The notes beneath the pieces are model-generated. The model saw nothing but the letters and a program-made list of their open reading frames with translations. It was not told where the DNA came from and made no database searches. The position numbers and the translations under genes were made by a program. A stretch of DNA of 7,664 nt from Octopus sinensis (taxonomy: Eukaryota). The stretch spans positions 1-7,664 of the forward strand of contig NW_021828811.1 in the NCBI RefSeq assembly GCF_006345805.1, given 5' to 3'. Below, piece after piece: positions 1-7,664 of this stretch (positions within the stretch are counted from its first letter, which is position 1; each line of letters starts with the position of its first letter).

Positions 1-161
1 TATATCATATGAATATAAAGATTTGTATATATATATATATATATATGTGTGTTTGTGTGTTGTGTGTGTTTGTACATATATATATATACATGTATAGGTA
101 AATAATAGAGCATATGTATGTATATATATATATACCTATAATAGATGCATATGTATGTATA

Positions 162-192
<31 letters not shown>

Positions 193-645
193 ATATATAT
201 TGACATGAACATTTATATGAATATATGTATACACATATATACACAAACGCATGTATCCATTGCATATACAAATACAAACGTACAAAGACACACACACATA
301 TATGTAATACACAAACATATAAATCCATTCCTACATACATGATGTCATATATATATACATATATATATACATATATGTATATACATATATACATATACAC
401 ACATATATATATATATATACACACATATATATATATACATATACATATATATATATATGTGAATATACGTATGTATATATTTATTTATTTTTCAGTGTGT
501 GTCTCTGTGTGTAAGTGTATGTATACATATACATTTATGTCTATGTGTGCACAAGTGCGTATATGTATGAATGGGCTTGTTTGAATGTATGCATATGTGA
601 AAAAATATATGGACCTTGTGTGTGCATGTGTATGTGTGTGTATGT
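1..645. repeat. Compound low-complexity (TA)n/(TG)n/(CA)n/(TACA)n microsatellite region
   Basis: Almost entirely alternating purine-pyrimidine dinucleotide runs. The ORF-track peptides here (YI/CV/HT repeats) are translations of these repeats. Confidence 0.95.
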
Positions 646-681
<36 letters not shown>

Positions 682-704
682 GAGAGGGAGAGAGAGAGAG
701 AGAG
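646..704. repeat. (GA)n microsatellite with two GGGA interruptions
   Basis: Read directly from the sequence. Confidence 0.97.
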
Positions 705-1109
705 TGGAAGCGAGAGCGGGAGAGCATATGTTCCCATCGGTTTAGCTATATCCTACAGTATAACATTCCATATCAGAGCTTTGCTATTATCTGGTCCCAC
801 AATTAAAGAGAGGAATAGATTCCCAGTATGACATTAATAGCGAAATAATCTAATTTATTGTTAAAAATTTCTTTATAATTAGTTACATCGCAAATGCTAA
901 TTGTCATTATTTAGTACGTGGTTGGGTATATGAGTGGTTTTAAAATCTACGTTTGAAGGTGTGTCCATATGAATGATCGTTTGATAATTGTAGTGTGAAA
1001 TGAAAGAATGCATCGATATGTTATATTTCGGGGTAGGTGTTGGAAACCGTGTAGGAACTACTTGCTATTTCATTTTAAAAAAATCGGAGAAGATGAAAAT
1101 TATATTCAA

Positions 1110-1127
1110 ATATATACAGGAATATAT

Positions 1128-1174
<47 letters not shown>

Positions 1175-1230
1175 TATACAGGAATATATATTTATATATA
1201 TATATATATATACATAACATTATATATATT
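1110..1230. repeat. (TA)n microsatellite containing a duplicated TATATACAGGAATATATA (1111-1128 and 1173-1190)
   Basis: Read directly. The two CAGGA interruptions are 62 bp apart. Confidence 0.9.
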
Positions 1231-1246
1231 TCATCTAAAAACGACC

Positions 1247-1384
1247 GAAACATCATAAAAACTGTGACTCAGAGTTTCATGTTCTCGTTCGTCGGACAGT
1301 TTTGTATTGAATTTTAGGATTCTAACCAAAACTGTCCGACGAACGGGAACGTGAAACTCTGAGTGACAGTTTTTGTGATATTTC
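1247..1384. repeat. Long inverted repeat / fold-back element (58-bp arms, 22-nt spacer), MITE-like or hairpin
   Basis: 1247-1304 (GAAACATCATAAAAACTGTGACTCAGAGTTTCATGTTCTCGTTCGTCGGACAGTTTTG) matches the reverse complement of 1327-1384 at 53/58 positions. The spacer can also pair partly (GAATT/GATTC around a TTAG loop). Confidence 0.95.
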
Positions 1385-1524
1385 TACTACTTTTCAATAA
1401 AGCATATTACCCTACCTCTGGTATTCGAGTACTATTTTTTCCACATGGTTTCGCATTTATGTGCTGACTCAAGTGAATCATTATATATATATATACATTC
1501 AGCTGTAGAACTGAGTTGCGACGT

Positions 1525-1710
1525 GACTGGTGCCAAACTGTATCGGCCCCTTTGCCTTTCCCTTGGACATCATTAGTGATGTAGACAGGGGGAGGCTGTT
1601 ATGCATGGGAGACCGCTGGTCTTTTACAAACAACCTTGCACAGATTTGCGTTTAGGAGATAAACTGTCTGGGTTTCAATCCCATCGTTCTTCGTGATGGA
1701 AAGGTGTCTT
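1525..1710. mobile_element. Possible degraded interspersed repeat fragment (family unassigned)
   Basis: A more GC-balanced block in AT-rich surroundings. The wording (CCTTTCCCTTGGA...GGGGAGGCTG.TATGCATGGG.GAC.GCTGGTC...AAACAACCTTGC) resembles a repeat I recall from octopus DNA. This is recollection only, and the boundaries are approximate. Confidence 0.3.
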
Positions 1711-1944
1711 AAAAGGTATGAAGAGTAACGTCTGTTTTTTACGCTGAGTTATAGTAAAAATAGTTTGACATTAAACTGAAGATTTACCATTATTTTTTGT
1801 AGAAAACATATCTATGAAACATCTACATGAAGAGTGGTGGCACTGACTTCAAACATTTTGGCATGCTAACCCTCGATGGATTGCCGAAGGCTAGTAGGCT
1901 TAATATTTGGAGTTACTGTCTCCACTATTCTTGTAAAAGTATAA

Positions 1945-4364
<2,420 letters not shown>

Positions 4365-4782
4365 ACCCAGAATCGAAAACAGAGAGTTGCTTATTTGCAA
4401 AAAAAAAAAAAAAAAAAAAAGAAATATAAAATGTGACTTCATTGACCGAGGTTACCGTGGTCTTTTCCGCAGGCTTTTCTTTCCACGGGTAACCTCACCT
4501 GTCCTCCCCTTTACACTTCATATTGACATTTCTGTGATAACGATCCCTATTGATCATTTTTTTTCCTCTCCCCCCCTTTTTTTTTTTTCTAAATTTTTTT
4601 TTTTTTTTTTTTTTTTTTAACCCCCCTTATTTTTGTCCTCTTTCTCCCTTTTACGATCCCTTTTGATCGAACCTCCCCCTTCCTTTTTTTTTTTTTTTTT
4701 TTTTTTTAATACCTTCAAAAGAAAGCTCTACCTTGTAATTTGTTCTATCTGTGTGCAGCCCTGTGTGGCTAATAAAGAAACA
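4365..4782 (+). other. 3' UTR of the Tx1-like element: A22 (4399-4420), T-tracts (4577-4588, 4594-4618, 4684-4707), AATAAA at 4771-4776
   Basis: Lies between the ORF2 stop and the (TATC)n junction. Its 4461-4782 part is repeated at 6232-6527 and ends at the same base there, which fixes the element's 3' end. Confidence 0.88.
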
Positions 4783-5136
<354 letters not shown>

Positions 5137-5149
5137 ATTATCTAACTAT

Positions 5150-5292
5150 GTTTGTATGTAATGTGTGTGTGTGTGTGTGTATGTGTATATACAGGCTTAA
5201 CTAGATACGTGTATATGTCGGTATGTGTGTGTATGTATGTATATGCACACATGTATGTACACAAACACATACACACACAGCGCATACACGCA
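5150..5292. repeat. Low-complexity (TG)/(TA)/(CA) tract
   Basis: Read directly; degenerate dinucleotide runs. Confidence 0.8.
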
Positions 5293-5530
5293 CTGTGAAA
5301 CAGAGAAGCGTCTTGAATGTCGACGGCTCTGTATCCGAAACGTCATGAATGCATTCTCGGTTCGCACGGCAATCAAATTCAATGATACTTATAAACATTC
5401 TTGTATGTTGTTTAAAGTTGTCCATGGAAGTTAGAAACATTAGATGTGCGTAGACCGAAAGGCCGAGAGAAAGATACGGACGGAGAGAAGAACAGGAAGG
5501 GTTAGAGAGAGACATAGAAAGAAAGAAATC

Positions 5531-5569
5531 CACACGCACACACACATGTATTTTCATGTGTGTGTGTGC

Positions 5570-5657
<88 letters not shown>
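5531..5657. repeat. Short (CA)n followed by long (TG)n microsatellite
   Basis: Read directly from the sequence. Confidence 0.95.
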
Positions 5658-5659
<2 letters not shown>

Positions 5660-6158
5660 TAAATTGTAAGTTGAATGAGATAAAAGAAGGGGAAATCACG
5701 ATATGAGAACCTTGTTGTTGAGTGTTTGAAACATTAGAAATTCAAACAGATTATTCGAGAATGTTCGAAAGTAATCGAATTCCAACTTCTCTACTTGAGA
5801 TCTTTAGAAAGTTTGGCCCAAACACTGCGCCGTGTACTCATTCTCCATTTCTTTCTCGTTCCGTGAAAGTTGTTGCCAAGGTGCCAAGGTAAGAAGTGTT
5901 TGTTTGCAAACGAGATGTTAAGAGGTCGCACAAGTTCTAATTACATCCGCAAACTTCTGCACTACTTTGGCTATACTTCACTTGACGGACACAGGAGGCC
6001 AACGAACTCTTTTGCGAGGTTGTCCTCTTGCTTCTGTGTGACTATGTGTAAGTATCTATGCGTGTATATGTGAAAGCGCGAGACAGAATCTTCATATGTG
6101 AGTTTGTATGTCCGTATATAATATGTGTGTGTATGCATGTATTTATGTATGTAATCAA

Positions 6159-6234
<76 letters not shown>
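6159..6234. repeat. Pure (ATCT)19 microsatellite; 5' flank of LINE copy 2
   Basis: 76 bp of uninterrupted ATCT running into TTTCCGTAGGC of the element. Confidence 0.97.
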
Positions 6235-6236
<2 letters not shown>

Positions 6237-6527
6237 TCCGTAGGCTTTTCTTTCCACGGGTAAACCTCACCTGTCCTCCCCTTTACACTTCATATTGACA
6301 TTTCTGTGATAACGATCCCTATTGATCAATTTTTTTTCCTCTCCCCCTTTTTTTTTTTTTTTAACCCCCCCCTTTTTTTTGTCCTCTTTCTCTCCTTTTA
6401 CGATCCCTTTTGATCGAAACTCCCCCTTCCTTTTTTTTTTTTTTTTTTTTTTAAACCTTCAAAAGAAAAGCTCTACCTTGTAATTTGTTCTATCTGTGTG
6501 CAGCCCTGTGTGGCTAATAAAGAAACA
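6232..6527 (+). mobile_element. Severely 5'-truncated second copy (3' UTR only) of the same Tx1-like element
   Basis: Aligns to 4461-4782. Differences are a few substitutions and homopolymer lengths. The last 61 nt (6467-6527 vs 4722-4782) are identical, AATAAA is at 6516-6521, and the 3' junction to (TATC)n is the same. Confidence 0.95.
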
Positions 6528-6561
6528 TATCTATCTATCTATCTATCAATCTATCAATCTG

Positions 6562-6615
<54 letters not shown>

Positions 6616-6735
6616 AACCTGTCTGTTGTGTGTCTCTCTTTGCAACAGTCTGTTTATCCGTCTATCTCTTTGTCTGCCTGTCTATCTCGCTATCACTCTC
6701 TCTCTCTATATATATGTATATAATATATATACATA
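6528..6735. repeat. (ATCT)n with ATCA variants (to about 6616), decaying into GTCT/CT/TA-rich sequence; 3' flank of copy 2
   Basis: Read directly from the sequence. Confidence 0.9.
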
Positions 6736-6904
6736 TATTTTTGGCTGTGGTTGCGCGCGCGTATGGTGTTCATGAGCATGCGTGACTATGTGTATGACTT
6801 CTTCAAATATTAATTTGTGTCGAAAGAACGGAGAAGACAGAATTCAATACATGCTCTATTCCTTTTTAGTAATTCATGATTCAAACAATGTGATCATGAG
6901 GATA

Positions 6905-6924
6905 ATATATATAAGTATATATAT

Positions 6925-6956
<32 letters not shown>

Positions 6957-7032
6957 ACATACTTGGAAATGGATGTGCGGCGTTCAATTAGATAATAATA
7001 AATAAAAATAATATATGTATGTATATATTATA

Positions 7033-7079
<47 letters not shown>

Positions 7080-7092
7080 ATATAATATATAC
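6905..7092. repeat. Two interrupted (TA)n tracts separated by a short unique spacer (about 6957-6992)
   Basis: Read directly from the sequence. Confidence 0.9.
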
Positions 7093-7249
7093 ATGGGTAC
7101 AGGACATCACAACGTAAACAACAAGAACTATGAAAAAATGAATTAAATACGCAAACAACGGGAGAGAAATTGGAAAACAGGAGAGTGTTAACATACAAGG
7201 AAACCATCATATATATATATGTATGTATGTGTTTGTATATGCTTGTGTA

Positions 7250-7455
7250 TCTCTGTTTGTCTCCCCAATATCGTTTGACAACCGATGGTGGTGTGCTTAC
7301 GTCCCCTTAACATAGCGGTTCGGGGCAAAAGGAACCAATAGAATAAGTACTAGGCTTACGAAGAATAAGTCCTGGGGTCGATTTGCCCGACTAAAGGCGG
7401 TATTCCAGCATGGCCGCAGTCAAGAGACTGAAACAAGTAAAAGAATAAAAGAATA
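7250..7455 (+). mobile_element. SINE-like 3' half (no tRNA-derived head visible)
   Basis: Ends in a stem-loop CAGTC-AAGA-GACTG (7417-7430) followed by a short tandem tail (TAAAAGAA)2TA (7438-7455), the usual 3' architecture of LINE-tail-bearing SINEs. The body (TGACAACCGATG.TGGTGTG.TTACGTCCCC...AGAATAAGTCCTGGGGTCGATTTG..CGACTAAAGGCGGT..TCCAGCATGGCCGCAGTC) matches my recollection of an abundant octopus SINE; unverified. Confidence 0.6.
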
Positions 7456-7664
7456 CAATAAGACACCTACTCTAAAAACACTAACTTATGTATTCACATA
7501 CAACCCTAGAAACAAAGAAACATTTAACATCTTTGCCCCAAATCTCCCCATACTCCATAAGGACCCGACGCTGAAGGCTATTTTACATACGCACAATCTT
7601 ATTAAAAGCAGTAGACAACCAAATACATTTAAGATTCTCACGAATGCTAAATTATTCTAAAGAA

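Noticed and set aside
5-831. Track ORFs of 71-139 aa at the window start
   Set aside because: They are translations of (TA)/(TG)/(GA) repeats, which lack stops in some frames. There is no protein-like content.
1111-1190. Duplicated TATATACAGGAATATATA as a possible target-site duplication
   Set aside because: Only (TA)n lies between the copies. Slippage duplication within the microsatellite explains it.
1567-1582. Hairpin ACATCA-TTAG-TGATGT sharing a TTAG loop with the large fold-back
   Set aside because: A 6-bp stem is expected by chance, and there is no other similarity.
5723-5748. 8-bp inverted repeat TGTTTGAA/TTCAAACA with a 10-nt loop
   Set aside because: Short and AT-rich; chance level.
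6038-6794. 13-bp direct repeat GTGACTATGTGTA at 6038-6050 and 6782-6794 bracketing copy 2
   Set aside because: It lies about 180 and 255 bp from the element ends, so it is not a TSD. It is low-complexity, and a repeated 13-mer in 7.7 kb is near chance expectation.
7093-7208. A-rich block after (TA)n, possibly the end of another octopus repeat
   Set aside because: Only a vague recollection, with no structural evidence in the window.

Overview
This is eukaryotic, microsatellite-rich, AT-rich non-coding DNA. An octopod or other cephalopod source is suggested only by my recollection of the SINE-like repeat at about 7250-7455 and is not verified. The only supportable coding sequence is a 5'-truncated non-LTR retrotransposon of the Tx1 group (L1 clade) on the + strand, about 2054/2056-4782. 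Its ORF2 remnant has the post-endonuclease linker, RT (QGCPLS, SAYADD) and a C-terminal CCHC finger, followed by a 418-nt 3' UTR. A second, 3'-UTR-only copy of the same family lies at 6232-6527. Both copies sit in the same orientation inside (ATCT)n microsatellites, share the 3' junction AATAAAGAAACA|TATCTATC and lack a poly(A) tail. All four ATCT arrays in the window abut an element end. This points to an (ATCT)n/(GATA)n-targeting Tx1 family, the main finding. ORF2 is broken by 16 small indels (my reconstruction), mostly in base runs, but has no premature stop once they are corrected (773 aa). That looks more like long-read consensus error than decay. Other features are a 138-bp near-perfect fold-back (1247-1384), a SINE-like 3' fragment and many simple repeats. 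No host gene, RNA gene or CRISPR array is supported.
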